From positions 1 through 43,282 of the IMG/VR virus record IMGVR_UViG_3300003690_000021: DNA of 43,282 bases, one strand, 5' to 3'. This document shows, in pieces, positions 1 to 9,002 of the stretch. The stretch comes from a virus. The position numbers and the translations under genes are program-made. Position 1 is the first letter of the stretch; each line of letters opens with the position of its first letter. The notes under the pieces are model-generated. The model had not been told where the DNA came from and made no database searches. It saw nothing but the letters and a program-made list of their open reading frames with translations.

Positions 1-91
1 GATGCTCGCGAGAGAGAGTTCGCGCTGAGTAGGGAGGATGAGACACGGCGCCTGAGGAACAGAGGTCAAGCTTGGGCGGCGGCGACGAGGA
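1..91. repeat. Terminal direct repeat, left copy (identical to 43192-43282)
   Basis: Base-by-base comparison: gatgctcgcgagagagagttcgcg...ggcggcgacgagga occurs at both ends of the window. Confidence 0.95.
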
Positions 92-96
92 CGTAG
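1..96 (+). CDS. 3' end of the wrap-around Gly/Met/Pro-rich protein gene that starts at 42757
   Basis: Frame 1 is open from base 1 (DAREREFALSREDETRRLRNRGQAWAAATRT) and stops at TAG 94-96. It is the same frame as the ORF from ATG 42757 once 43192 is equated with base 1. Confidence 0.5.
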   Translation, partial: DAREREFALSREDETRRLRNRGQAWAAATRT

Positions 97-99
97 ATA

Positions 100-996
100 A
101 TGCCTATCCCTGGTGCGTTTGCTAGAGCGATCGGTAGCGTTATGGAGCGTCGTGACACTGATATGACGCGGCGTAACATGGAATTGGCGCGGCGTGACGA
201 ATTTGTTCTAACTAAGAAGTGGCGCGACAATCAAGACAGGCAAGCCGAGATTCGCCACACGGAAAGAATGCGTCTGGCAGAAGAACAGGAAACCAGGCAC
301 CTAGAGGATAGAACTGAAAGGCGGAGGGAACTAGGGATTGATCTAGAAACGGGCGTGTATAACCCTGCTTTAGATCCAAGCCATCTGCGTGAGCGGGCGC
401 GGATGAGCTTGTATGGGGATCAACCGACGCCAGAAGGGATGCATAGAAACCTCGTAACGGGGCAGTTGGTGACAAAACCCCGGCCGCGGGAGGAACCATG
501 GACCATTGAAGCGACGACCGAGGGTATTGTACGCATCAACCGAGACACCGGGGTGGCAGAACTGATCCGCGGCCCAGACGGTAAGCCAGTATTTCCTCCC
601 GTGAGGGGCGATGACGAAATATTGTCGAAATATCTACGTCTAGGCGGCCCAGATGGCCCTGGGACACCGCCACCTGGGACACCGCCACCTGGGACACCGC
701 CACCTGGGGACACCGAAGACGATGAGGACACCTCAGGCGAGGACTTCGATGTGGGTGCCCTACTTGGCAGGATGAACCAAGCGTTGCGTGATAACACGAT
801 AACCATCGATGATCACACCCGCCTCAAAACTCGACACCAAGAGTTATACCCTTGGTACTGGGAAGACTCGAACGTCCCCCCTCCTGACGAGGAGCTTGAG
901 ACTCCCCCACCCTCAACGTGGAGGGACACGATCGGTGCGAACTTGAGGGGCGGACCCTCAGGCGTTACCCGAACGATTGGCAGAAGGCAGTGGTAA
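100..996 (+). CDS. Hypothetical, presumed internal virion protein with PGTPP repeats
   Basis: ATG 100 lies 4 nt after the previous stop. The 298-aa ORF has a highly charged N-terminal half, PGTPPPGTPPPGTPPPG and an acidic tract. It sits in the block upstream of the 1817-aa gene. Confidence 0.5.
   Translation: MPIPGAFARAIGSVMERRDTDMTRRNMELARRDEFVLTKKWRDNQDRQAEIRHTERMRLAEEQETRHLEDRTERRRELGIDLETGVYNPALDPSHLRERARMSLYGDQPTPEGMHRNLVTGQLVTKPRPREEPWTIEATTEGIVRINRDTGVAELIRGPDGKPVFPPVRGDDEILSKYLRLGGPDGPGTPPPGTPPPGTPPPGDTEDDEDTSGEDFDVGALLGRMNQALRDNTITIDDHTRLKTRHQELYPWYWEDSNVPPPDEELETPPPSTWRDTIGANLRGGPSGVTRTIGRRQW
661..705 (+). repeat. Three exact 15-bp tandem repeats (gggacaccgccacct), coding for PGTPP x3
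   Basis: Read directly at 661-675, 676-690 and 691-705. Confidence 0.9.
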
Positions 997-1040
997 TGTG
1001 GCCCGTCAGATGACTTACTTCGTATAACAGGACCTAACGC

Positions 1041-4000
1041 ATGCCGGTCCACGACACATATGAGAGCCTCCTCGTTGAGATGGAGAACAACAAGGGCGAG
1101 TCGGTATACGATAGCGTCATGCGCGAGATGGATCGCGGCAAGGTCAAAGATAATCTCTACAAACAGGGGGCGTTGGGGGTAGTAGAGGCTTTCGGGCGTG
1201 TAGCTTCGGGGATCACGCAAGATCCCGAGATAAAAGAATACTACAGGAGCTTATCCCAAAGAACCGCCCCTAAGACCCTCGCGGGAACGACATTGCGGGT
1301 TGGTGGCAACGTCTTAGGCGAGGGCCTGCTGTATTATACCGGCGGCAGGTTTATGAAAAGCCTCGCGGGTGGTGTTGCTCAGCGAGTAGCTCCGCAACTA
1401 GCTGGGCGCGCCAGAGGGTTAGGCGCCAAGCTTATGTCGAAGATCCCGGAAAGGTTTCGTGGCGTTGCAGGGGCCGCGGGCGAGGTGGCAGGAGATGTTG
1501 TCGCGTACTCTCCTGTGGATTTGGCGATTACTGCCTCTGGCCCCGAGAGTTCGGTCGCTGGAGCGATAGCGGAACTCACCGATTCCGAGATAGCCGAACG
1601 TATTGCTGCGGATCCCGGCTCGCGATTCCTGGCTGAGATGGCGACCGGCGCGGTAGGTGACACGGCGATCCGCTTGATCGCTCGTGGTGTGCGTTTATTG
1701 CGTAGCGGTGTGGCCGGACTGGCGCCCGATGAGCTGAATCGTCCTGTCAGTGAACTGTTTCGTGGTCGGCGCCAGGTATCTGACCCTCCACTTGATGAGA
1801 TGCTTCAGCTTGAGGCTGGTCCGATCATTACTCCCCCACCTACTCGTGAATTGACTGACGAGGAAGCTTTCGTGTTCGCTGGCCGGCAGGCAGACGAGAC
1901 ACGCTTGAGGCGTAGCGAGACTGAAGCGGAACTTGCTAGGCTTGGACTAGAGCCATCTGCTGTCAAGCAAATTGAGGCTGGTGCGATCATTACTCCCGCA
2001 CCTGCTCGTGAATTGACTGACGAGGAAGCTGTCGAGTTCGCGGGCCGGCAGGCAGAAAAGTCACGCCGGCTGCGTAGCGCGGCTGAGGAGATAATGGTCA
2101 GGCTAGGGTTGGAGCCACCCACCGTTCGCGCATTGCCAGCTCCAGATGTAGCTGGTGGACCGCTAATTCGAGGACCTGGTGAAGTTACCCCAGACGAACT
2201 CCCGACGGTCCGTCCAGGCCAAGGTGCTGCGGAGTTGCGGTACGCGGCAGATCGTGACGTAGTACGGGAGCCGACAGTCGAGCCTCGTGGCGTTCATACG
2301 CTAGATGATCCGGCCGCGCCAGGACGGGATCTGGATGCAGCAAAGCTAAGGGCAGAGGAGGGTCCGCCCGTTGCGGATTCAGATCCGGTGACTATTACCC
2401 CACGTCCTGATGGCGGCGTCACGGTTGTCGGTTTTCATGGTACACGCACATCTGGGGAAGTAGCGACAGCGTTTGGTGGAGTTCATATCGGAACCAGGCG
2501 GGCTGCAATCAAGCGTCTCGCTGACCATGTGGCTGGTCAAGTGGGTGGTCTCCCAGGAGCGGAGAAATTACAGACCATAGAAGTCAAACTATCGAATCCG
2601 CTTGGGTCTGTAGAGAATCCGATGTTTGAGAAAGACATGTTTCAAATAGTGAACGTGCCCAGACGCTTGGCCGAACTAAAAGCTCAAGGTGTAGACGGTG
2701 TCATTTACCAGAACATCGTCGAGGATCGTGGGCAGATATCGGTATTAGCGTTTGATCCCAAGTCTACTAATATCAGGCAGACAACGAACGTATCCGATCA
2801 AGTGAAAAGCTACGAGAAGGAATCGATGGATCTTTGGGCAGCGGTTAGACGGCAAGAGGAGATAGTTGCGGCTGTGGAGACCCCGCTAACCGAGCCGCGC
2901 TTTGGTCGCCGCATGGTCCGTCCAGGCCAAGCAGAGCTACCCGAAGGCGATGTCGTCGTTACGCGTGTGGGAGGCACGGCTGTTGGTGGTGGGCTGAAGG
3001 AGACCATCTTAGACGAACTCCCGACGGTCCGTCCAGGCCAAGGTGCTCGTGTGGGAGGCACGTCTGCTATAGACGCTCCCGGATTGCCGGGTAAAGGTGC
3101 AGCAGAGCTACGACGTCGTGCCACTTATCGCAATCAGTATGAAAAACTTTCCGACAATAAGTTGGTAGATAAGTACCGTAATCTTGTACGGAGCATGGTA
3201 CGGATTGAAGGAGAGGCTGAATATAGAAACATCTCCTTCGCACGCGGCCGACGCACTCAACAACGCGACCGTATCCTTGAGGTTGAGGATATGCTGAGGC
3301 AGCGTGGTGTAAATCCTGAGAATGCGCGTGCTGAGATATATGTAGGGATGAAGCCCTCAGATGTGTCCGAGGCTAATCGTGATCTGCTAGGGTCACTCGA
3401 TGAATTGAGTGATGAAGCTGTCACGCAAGAAGTTAGGCAAACTGTTCGGGCATGGCAGGGCGATCGCGCCAGTACATCGCTGAACGAACGTCTCGCAATG
3501 CTTCACGACAATATTGAACGTCTCGGACGTAATGTGTCCGATGAGGCGTGGGATTACAGTACGAGTAGTGGTTTAACGGGCACTGGTTTACAGGCTCGTG
3601 GCGTCCTAGCTCTCCTGGGTGGTGCAGCAGCCGCTGCGACAGGCGACACGTCCGAGGAGCGGTTGCAGCGCGGGCTGACCGGGTTTGCTGTTGGTGCAGG
3701 TGTGGAGGCCATCAGCATGAGAGCGCTTTCCAAGCGCGCGAAGTTTACAGCGCGAGATGCTGCCGTGCTCGGAGGCAATGAGGCAGCTACGAGAGTGGCG
3801 GCTAGTGTTGGTACTGGTGCCGAGATGAAGTCCGCAGTGACAGGAACTCTCCCAGAGAGGCTGCGTGAATTTGGCAGCTATTTGCGCTACAAGCTAGCTC
3901 GGGTTGAGCAGCCCCTAGAAGTGTTCGGGCGCGAGGTTTCCGGTACCGAGAAGCTACGCGATGAGATGGCCAGTGCTCGTGGCACTGTGGCCACAGCTGG

Positions 4001-6494
4001 CGAACACATGAGCGAGCGGCTGGCGCCGGTACTGAAAGCGACTCAAGCGATACCTAGATCGGTGAATGCTTTAGCAAAAGCCGAACGCGGCCTAGAGTTG
4101 GTCAGGCTAGGCAAGGAAGCCACGCCCCAGCAGATATCTGACTGGACCGAGACGGTGACGCACCTGAATGCCGATCCTGATGCGCGCCAAGGTGTGGATG
4201 CCCTGCGTGCGTACTACCGCGAGTTGCTGGACATGAAGCTAGATGAAGGTGTGCTGTCGCGTGAGCAATACGACGCGATTGTGGCACGTGGAGAGAACTA
4301 TGTGCCATTCGTGCCGGACGATCTAATGGAGTGGACGGGTACTGGGTGGAAGTACGCTCCGGTCAGAAGCACGGGCGTAAGGCGGTCCACAGGCGAGAAG
4401 GTTGCCGAAGCGGCAACAGTCGATCCGCTGGATCAGGCCATACTAGATACCTACGAAACGTTCGCGAGAGTCGGCAAACAGCGAGTCGCGAACGTTATCG
4501 GCGGGATAGTCAATACCAATCCAGAGGCTGCTGCTAAGTTCATAACCGAGGTGACGCCAGCCCGTAAACCAGGTGGCGCTCCGGTGTCGGAGCTTGATGT
4601 GGTCGAGACGATCGTGAACGGTGAGCGTCGGTTCTTTCGTGTCCACGACCGCGATCTCTTTGAATCTTGGACGAATTTCAACAAGTCGACCACCTCAGGC
4701 GTGGTCAGCGTATTGAACAGCGCCAGACGCTTCATGCAGGCGTCGATCACGGGCCACCCGATGTTCGGGGTAGCGAATGGCATTCGCGATTTCCTTATCA
4801 GTTCAATGGCCTACCCGCTGAAAGGCGGATTGAGGGGCTTTGCCGGTGCGACCGCTGCTGGTGCTGGGATAGGAGCCGCCATCGATGAGGACAGAGGGCG
4901 CGGCGCAGTGAGGGGTGGTTTGCTAGGCGCGACCATGATCGGCGCCCCAAATCTTGCTGCCCACATGACGCGTTCGCTATCGGCGCTCAACGATATCATG
5001 GGTCCGAAGGTTGTTGGTGGAGTCGCGGGTGGTATGGGTACCTGGATTGGGCAGGACGACGATAAGACATTACCCGAATTCTTGGCGACAGTCGGGCTTG
5101 GGGTCGCGATCGGGACCGGGGCCGGGGCGGGTGTGGGTAAAATACTACCCGGTAACAAGGAAATATACGCCGAGTTTCTGAGGGGAGGCGGAGGTGGTAT
5201 GGGTTTCTATGCCCATGACAAGCGCTCTGCTAAAACGCTCAGGCGCGCGCTGTTACGTGAGGGTGTGAAGCCTTCCGATTTCATCAACCCGCGCTCGATA
5301 TGGGACGCGGTGCAGTACGTCTCGCGGGCGATTGAGACGGCACCGCGGCTGGCACGCTACAAGGAACTCAGGGCGGCCGGCGAGGAGGTGCCCGAGGCAG
5401 TGTTCCAGGCCCGTGATCTTTCGCTCGATTTCTCAGTCAAGCCGGGCAGTGAGACTCTTGCCACAGCGACACGGGTAGTGCCGTTCCTGAATCCCTGGAT
5501 CCAAGGTATGGACAAGACGGCCCGGTTGATGGCGGATCCGGACGCTGTCGCGGTTGCTGGTGCCACAATCCTCGCGCCATCGGTTTCGCTCTGGATGATG
5601 ATCCAATCGGATCCGGAGGTCGCGCGTGCGTACAACGACCGTCCGTCTTACGAGCGTAACTCTCATTGGCTAATACCGAAGAAATGGTTCACCGGTGACG
5701 ACGGGTTCTGGCGTGTACCAAAGCCGTTCGAGGTAGGGTTCATTTATGCATCGTTGCCTGAGCGCACGCTAGAGTATTTGGGTTCTAAGGACCCCGAAGC
5801 GTTTGCTGGTGCGCTGCGCGATATGTATGGGCAGTTCACACCGGAGGGTTGGCCGGTGGCCGTAGGTCCTATTGTAGAGGCTTCGATCGGCGAGCATGGC
5901 TATGACTTCTGGCGGCGCCGTGAGATCGACCCGCGTTCGTGGGAGAACCTGCCGCCCGAGTTCCAATACGACGAGCGTACCTCGATCGTGGGCTTGAAAG
6001 CCGGCAAGCTTTTAGGCAAAAGCCCAGCCAAGATAGATCACTTGATCAGGGGTATCACGGGTAGTTTGGGTGCCGAGGGGCTAAATCTTACTACCCAGCT
6101 CGCTAAAAGTCTCGGCATCGACACTAGGGTGGAGCCGATGGGCACAGGTCGGATGTTCGCGCGTCGGTTCCACACCAGCCCTGTAGCGACGACCGAGAGC
6201 GAACTCTTATTCCGCAGGCGTTGGGACAAGGCTGACAAATCATACAATGCGCTCGAAGAGTTGGTGACTAGCGGGAAGGAAGCCGAAGCACGTGAGTACG
6301 CACGTGAGCATCGCGACGATCTGGAGACCTATGCCAAAATGCGTGAGACCGAGAAAGCTTTACGCAAGCTTTCTCGTGCTCGCGGTATGATCAGGGAAGC
6401 CCCTCTACCGCGTGATGAGCGCCTAGAGTCTGTACAGAGAATCAACCGGGCAATCAGTGAGATGACGCGCGCCACCATGCGCGCCAACAACTGA
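1041..6494 (+). CDS. Giant (1817 aa) polyvalent virion/ejection protein with an ADP-ribosyltransferase-like segment
   Basis: Single uninterrupted ORF. Residues ~455-578 (nt 2403-2774) read VVGFHGT...VHIGTRRAA...GVDGVIYQNIVEDRGQISVLAFDP, which resembles H-Y-E ART-like domains of phage polyvalent proteins. It has 54-aa tandem repeats, a recurring DELPTVRPGQGA motif and several Gly/Ala-rich hydrophobic segments. It lies just before the lysis cassette, as T7 gp16-type proteins do. Confidence 0.6.
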   Translation: MPVHDTYESLLVEMENNKGESVYDSVMREMDRGKVKDNLYKQGALGVVEAFGRVASGITQDPEIKEYYRSLSQRTAPKTLAGTTLRVGGNVLGEGLLYYTGGRFMKSLAGGVAQRVAPQLAGRARGLGAKLMSKIPERFRGVAGAAGEVAGDVVAYSPVDLAITASGPESSVAGAIAELTDSEIAERIAADPGSRFLAEMATGAVGDTAIRLIARGVRLLRSGVAGLAPDELNRPVSELFRGRRQVSDPPLDEMLQLEAGPIITPPPTRELTDEEAFVFAGRQADETRLRRSETEAELARLGLEPSAVKQIEAGAIITPAPARELTDEEAVEFAGRQAEKSRRLRSAAEEIMVRLGLEPPTVRALPAPDVAGGPLIRGPGEVTPDELPTVRPGQGAAELRYAADRDVVREPTVEPRGVHTLDDPAAPGRDLDAAKLRAEEGPPVADSDPVTITPRPDGGVTVVGFHGTRTSGEVATAFGGVHIGTRRAAIKRLADHVAGQVGGLPGAEKLQTIEVKLSNPLGSVENPMFEKDMFQIVNVPRRLAELKAQGVDGVIYQNIVEDRGQISVLAFDPKSTNIRQTTNVSDQVKSYEKESMDLWAAVRRQEEIVAAVETPLTEPRFGRRMVRPGQAELPEGDVVVTRVGGTAVGGGLKETILDELPTVRPGQGARVGGTSAIDAPGLPGKGAAELRRRATYRNQYEKLSDNKLVDKYRNLVRSMVRIEGEAEYRNISFARGRRTQQRDRILEVEDMLRQRGVNPENARAEIYVGMKPSDVSEANRDLLGSLDELSDEAVTQEVRQTVRAWQGDRASTSLNERLAMLHDNIERLGRNVSDEAWDYSTSSGLTGTGLQARGVLALLGGAAAAATGDTSEERLQRGLTGFAVGAGVEAISMRALSKRAKFTARDAAVLGGNEAATRVAASVGTGAEMKSAVTGTLPERLREFGSYLRYKLARVEQPLEVFGREVSGTEKLRDEMASARGTVATAGEHMSERLAPVLKATQAIPRSVNALAKAERGLELVRLGKEATPQQISDWTETVTHLNADPDARQGVDALRAYYRELLDMKLDEGVLSREQYDAIVARGENYVPFVPDDLMEWTGTGWKYAPVRSTGVRRSTGEKVAEAATVDPLDQAILDTYETFARVGKQRVANVIGGIVNTNPEAAAKFITEVTPARKPGGAPVSELDVVETIVNGERRFFRVHDRDLFESWTNFNKSTTSGVVSVLNSARRFMQASITGHPMFGVANGIRDFLISSMAYPLKGGLRGFAGATAAGAGIGAAIDEDRGRGAVRGGLLGATMIGAPNLAAHMTRSLSALNDIMGPKVVGGVAGGMGTWIGQDDDKTLPEFLATVGLGVAIGTGAGAGVGKILPGNKEIYAEFLRGGGGGMGFYAHDKRSAKTLRRALLREGVKPSDFINPRSIWDAVQYVSRAIETAPRLARYKELRAAGEEVPEAVFQARDLSLDFSVKPGSETLATATRVVPFLNPWIQGMDKTARLMADPDAVAVAGATILAPSVSLWMMIQSDPEVARAYNDRPSYERNSHWLIPKKWFTGDDGFWRVPKPFEVGFIYASLPERTLEYLGSKDPEAFAGALRDMYGQFTPEGWPVAVGPIVEASIGEHGYDFWRRREIDPRSWENLPPEFQYDERTSIVGLKAGKLLGKSPAKIDHLIRGITGSLGAEGLNLTTQLAKSLGIDTRVEPMGTGRMFARRFHTSPVATTESELLFRRRWDKADKSYNALEELVTSGKEAEAREYAREHRDDLETYAKMRETEKALRKLSRARGMIREAPLPRDERLESVQRINRAISEMTRATMRANN
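1803..2126 (+). repeat. Two 162-bp (54-aa) tandem repeats inside the giant gene
   Basis: LQLEAGPIITPPPTRELTDEEAFVFAGRQADE... is followed by KQIEAGAIITPAPARELTDEEAVEFAGRQAEK.... The first ~90 nt of each unit are nearly identical. Confidence 0.85.
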
Positions 6495-6521
6495 CACATA
6501 CTTAGGGAGCATGAACAAGGT

Positions 6522-6836
6522 ATGGAGATCAATGGTCTCAACGCTGTCATTGCTCTTGTGGTCTTGATTCTGGGGCCGGGTGGGGCCGTAGCTGTGGCTA
6601 ATCGGATGCACGGTAAGATATTGTCGGAGAAGTTGTCTACTTTCCACAAGGAATTCAGTGACAAGCTGGATATAGTGCAGCAGGAGATCCACACCGATAT
6701 GGCTGCCGTCCGTGACTGGCTCAAGAATCTGGAGGCACGGACAGTGGAGACCGATGCCCAGCTCCGGGAGATGCGGGCAGTGCTGGAGGACCGGGATCAG
6801 CGTGGCACTGGCGTCCAACGCAGAAGTGACCGGTAA
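6522..6836 (+). CDS. Small membrane-anchored coiled-coil protein at the start of the lysis region
   Basis: N-terminal hydrophobic helix LNAVIALVVLILGPGGAVAVA is followed by a charged helical region. It lies directly upstream of the holin-like and endolysin genes. Confidence 0.5.
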   Translation: MEINGLNAVIALVVLILGPGGAVAVANRMHGKILSEKLSTFHKEFSDKLDIVQQEIHTDMAAVRDWLKNLEARTVETDAQLREMRAVLEDRDQRGTGVQRRSDR

Positions 6837-6865
6837 AGGAATCAGCATGGAGCGTTGCTTCTAGA

Positions 6866-7240
6866 GTGCGTGAGTGTCGTAGCCTTTGGCGCGAGATCGG
6901 CAACCCGCTGTCTCTGCTCTATGAGAAGAGCGGCGATGGTCGAGAGACGCAGTGGTCCGGGTTCCGCGGGATCCTGTACGGGTTCGCCATCTTCTATTGG
7001 CTGAATTGGCCTGACCAGTTGACGATCCCAGCCGTGGCCCTCGCCGCGTGCATTATCTTCGGTCTGCCAGTACGCAATCTCTTTGCGCGTGTGCCGGTTA
7101 GCGAGACGCTGGGAGCGATAGAGGCGTTCTTCGGGAATGTGACAGGCAAGGCGGCCGCATCGGCTAGCGCGGCGCATAGCCGCATGGATACGATGGTCGA
7201 GGATAAGTGGACCGAGCCAGCCGGGTCAGAGGATAAGTAG
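6866..7240 (+). CDS. Putative holin (two hydrophobic helices)
   Basis: GTG start. Hydrophobic segments are ILYGFAIFYWLNW and IPAVALAACIIFGLPV, with a charged C-terminus. The stop lies 2 nt before the endolysin start. Confidence 0.45.
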   Translation: MRECRSLWREIGNPLSLLYEKSGDGRETQWSGFRGILYGFAIFYWLNWPDQLTIPAVALAACIIFGLPVRNLFARVPVSETLGAIEAFFGNVTGKAAASASAAHSRMDTMVEDKWTEPAGSEDK

Positions 7241-7242
7241 CT

Positions 7243-7647
7243 GTGCCGAGCTTCGGTCGGCGCTCGCTCGGCAATCTGAAGAACGTCCATCCCGATATGG
7301 TGCGTTTGTTTACCGAGGTCATCAAGCACCGCGACTGCACCGTGCTCGAAGGCCACAGAAGCCCCAAGCGTCAAGCGCAGCTGTTCGCCGAGGGCAAGAC
7401 ACAAAAACGCGCTGGCGGCAAGCACAACTTGTTTCCTTCGGAGGCCGTAGACGTGATGCCGTGGTTCAACGCCAAGCCGCACATTCGTTGGAATGACACG
7501 CGAGCGACGTACAGCTTCGGTGGTTTCGTGCTCGGTATGGCGCAGAGTATTGGCATCCGCATCCGCTGGGGCGCCGATTGGGACGCGGACCAGGAGTATG
7601 ATGATCACACCCTTGTCGATGCGCCGCACTACGAGATTCTGAAATGA
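7243..7647 (+). CDS. Endolysin, peptidase M15 (VanY / L-alanyl-D-glutamate peptidase-like)
   Basis: Motifs EGHRSPKRQAQLF, GGKHNLFPSEAVDVMP and LVDAPHYEI fit the H..D..H zinc-ligand pattern of M15 peptidases. The gene sits among membrane-protein genes. Confidence 0.75.
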   Translation: MPSFGRRSLGNLKNVHPDMVRLFTEVIKHRDCTVLEGHRSPKRQAQLFAEGKTQKRAGGKHNLFPSEAVDVMPWFNAKPHIRWNDTRATYSFGGFVLGMAQSIGIRIRWGADWDADQEYDDHTLVDAPHYEILK

Positions 7648-7657
7648 GGAACGGACA

Positions 7658-8080
7658 ATGAGTTGGCTCGACAATCTTAGTGGGTTCCAACCTAGTTTCC
7701 TCAACGTGGACCGTCACTGGAAGACGCAGGTAGGCCACGGTGCCATCACCCTAGTGGTCGGGCTCGCTGGCTACCTTGTCGGCCCCTGGTACGGTCGCGC
7801 TCTGGTGACGGTCGCACTCCTCTTCTACCTGTTGCGTGAGTGGAACGCCCACGCTTTCTATCACCAGAACGCACAGGCTGGCAAGATCGGCCCACAGGAG
7901 CTTAGAAAACATCTATGGGACTCGAAAATGGACGTAGCATGGCCGCTGTTCGCCTGGGCCTTTATCTGGATGCTTCCCTTCGCGTTCGATACCTGGCCGT
8001 GGTGGATCGGCGTGAGTATCCTGCTCCTAGCGATCGGGCGGAAGACCGATCCGGGAGGCCAGGCTGGAGGCATGACGTAG
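7658..8080 (+). CDS. Multi-pass membrane protein (second holin/antiholin-like candidate)
   Basis: Three or four hydrophobic helices (ITLVVGLAGYLVGPW, ALVTVALLFYLL, VAWPLFAWAFIWMLPFAF, WWIGVSILLLAIG), immediately after the endolysin. Confidence 0.5.
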   Translation: MSWLDNLSGFQPSFLNVDRHWKTQVGHGAITLVVGLAGYLVGPWYGRALVTVALLFYLLREWNAHAFYHQNAQAGKIGPQELRKHLWDSKMDVAWPLFAWAFIWMLPFAFDTWPWWIGVSILLLAIGRKTDPGGQAGGMT

Positions 8081-8133
8081 AAGACCACCTACGACCGATG
8101 TTTCATGTGAAACTTCATATGCCGTAACGACTG

Positions 8134-8727
8134 ATGAAGCTATCCCTAGTGCTGCTCGTTTCCCTCGCAGTCCTAGCCCTCCTGGGGTTGCGCCTGTCGT
8201 CGGCCGAGAGGCGGGTCGCCGAGGCGGCGACTACGGTGGCCGTGCTGGAGATCGAGCGCGAGCTGCTAGAGCTTCGGGCCAAGGCCAAGTCCGCCGCACT
8301 GGACAGCGTCAGGGCGGCCGCGGCGGTCTCGGAGCGTGTCCTGGCCGCCCAGCGGGCCCAGGCCAGCCAGAGGGCTGCTCAGGCGGCCAGGCAGGTATCT
8401 GAGGCTGGGGGGGAGGTCCGGGTGCTGCTGGACAGCCTGGGGCTGAATACCGAGGTGCTGGACCTGCTGGTCCTGGCCCACGACGAGGAGGTGGACGCGC
8501 TGGAGGAGCAGATCAGCCTCGCCGACTCGACTGCGGCTGTCCTGCGGGGGCAGCTAGAGGCTACTGATACCGCCCTGGCCTCCGAGCGAGCGGTTCGTCT
8601 AGCGGCTCTTGCCGAGAACGAGGCGCTACGGAAGCAGGTGCGTGCCCTCGAAAATGCGCGGTTCCGCAGCAGGGTCTTCTCCGGCGGGATTGTCGTAGCC
8701 GTACTGGTCGGCGCCGTGCTGCTGTAG
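8134..8727 (+). CDS. Coiled-coil envelope protein with hydrophobic N- and C-terminal segments (spanin-like)
   Basis: MKLSLVLLVSLAVLALLGL at the N-terminus, a long Ala/Leu/Glu/Arg heptad-like region, and VFSGGIVVAVLVGAVLL at the C-terminus. No Cys, so no lipobox. It is the last gene of the rightward arm. Confidence 0.4.
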   Translation: MKLSLVLLVSLAVLALLGLRLSSAERRVAEAATTVAVLEIERELLELRAKAKSAALDSVRAAAAVSERVLAAQRAQASQRAAQAARQVSEAGGEVRVLLDSLGLNTEVLDLLVLAHDEEVDALEEQISLADSTAAVLRGQLEATDTALASERAVRLAALAENEALRKQVRALENARFRSRVFSGGIVVAVLVGAVLL

Positions 8728-8729
8728 CC

Positions 8730-9002
8730 TCATACCCCCGGTAGCCTCACCAGGAAGCCCGGCGTCTGGTCGCCGAGCCAGGCCCCGAGCTGGTTGAACT
8801 CGTAGTACTCAAGCGCCCCCTCATAGGTGTCGATGCCCCCATCCATGAGCTGCTGGATCACTAGGTCCTTGTCATACAGCACGACCGGCTCCACGCCGTA
8901 ACGCTCCAGGACGCCGATGGCGCAGTCGTCGAACCCGTCCATCAGTAGCGCGTCCTCAACTCCGAGGTCAAGCAAGCGCTCTGGTAGAGTGCGGGTCACC
9001 AA
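8730..9002 (-). CDS. Hypothetical protein
   Basis: 90-aa ORF (TTG start) that overlaps the upstream gene stop. The sequence looks globular (GFDDCAIGVLERYG...EGALEYYEFNQLGAWLG). Confidence 0.55.
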   Translation of the reverse strand: MVTRTLPERLLDLGVEDALLMDGFDDCAIGVLERYGVEPVVLYDKDLVIQQLMDGGIDTYEGALEYYEFNQLGAWLGDQTPGFLVRLPGV

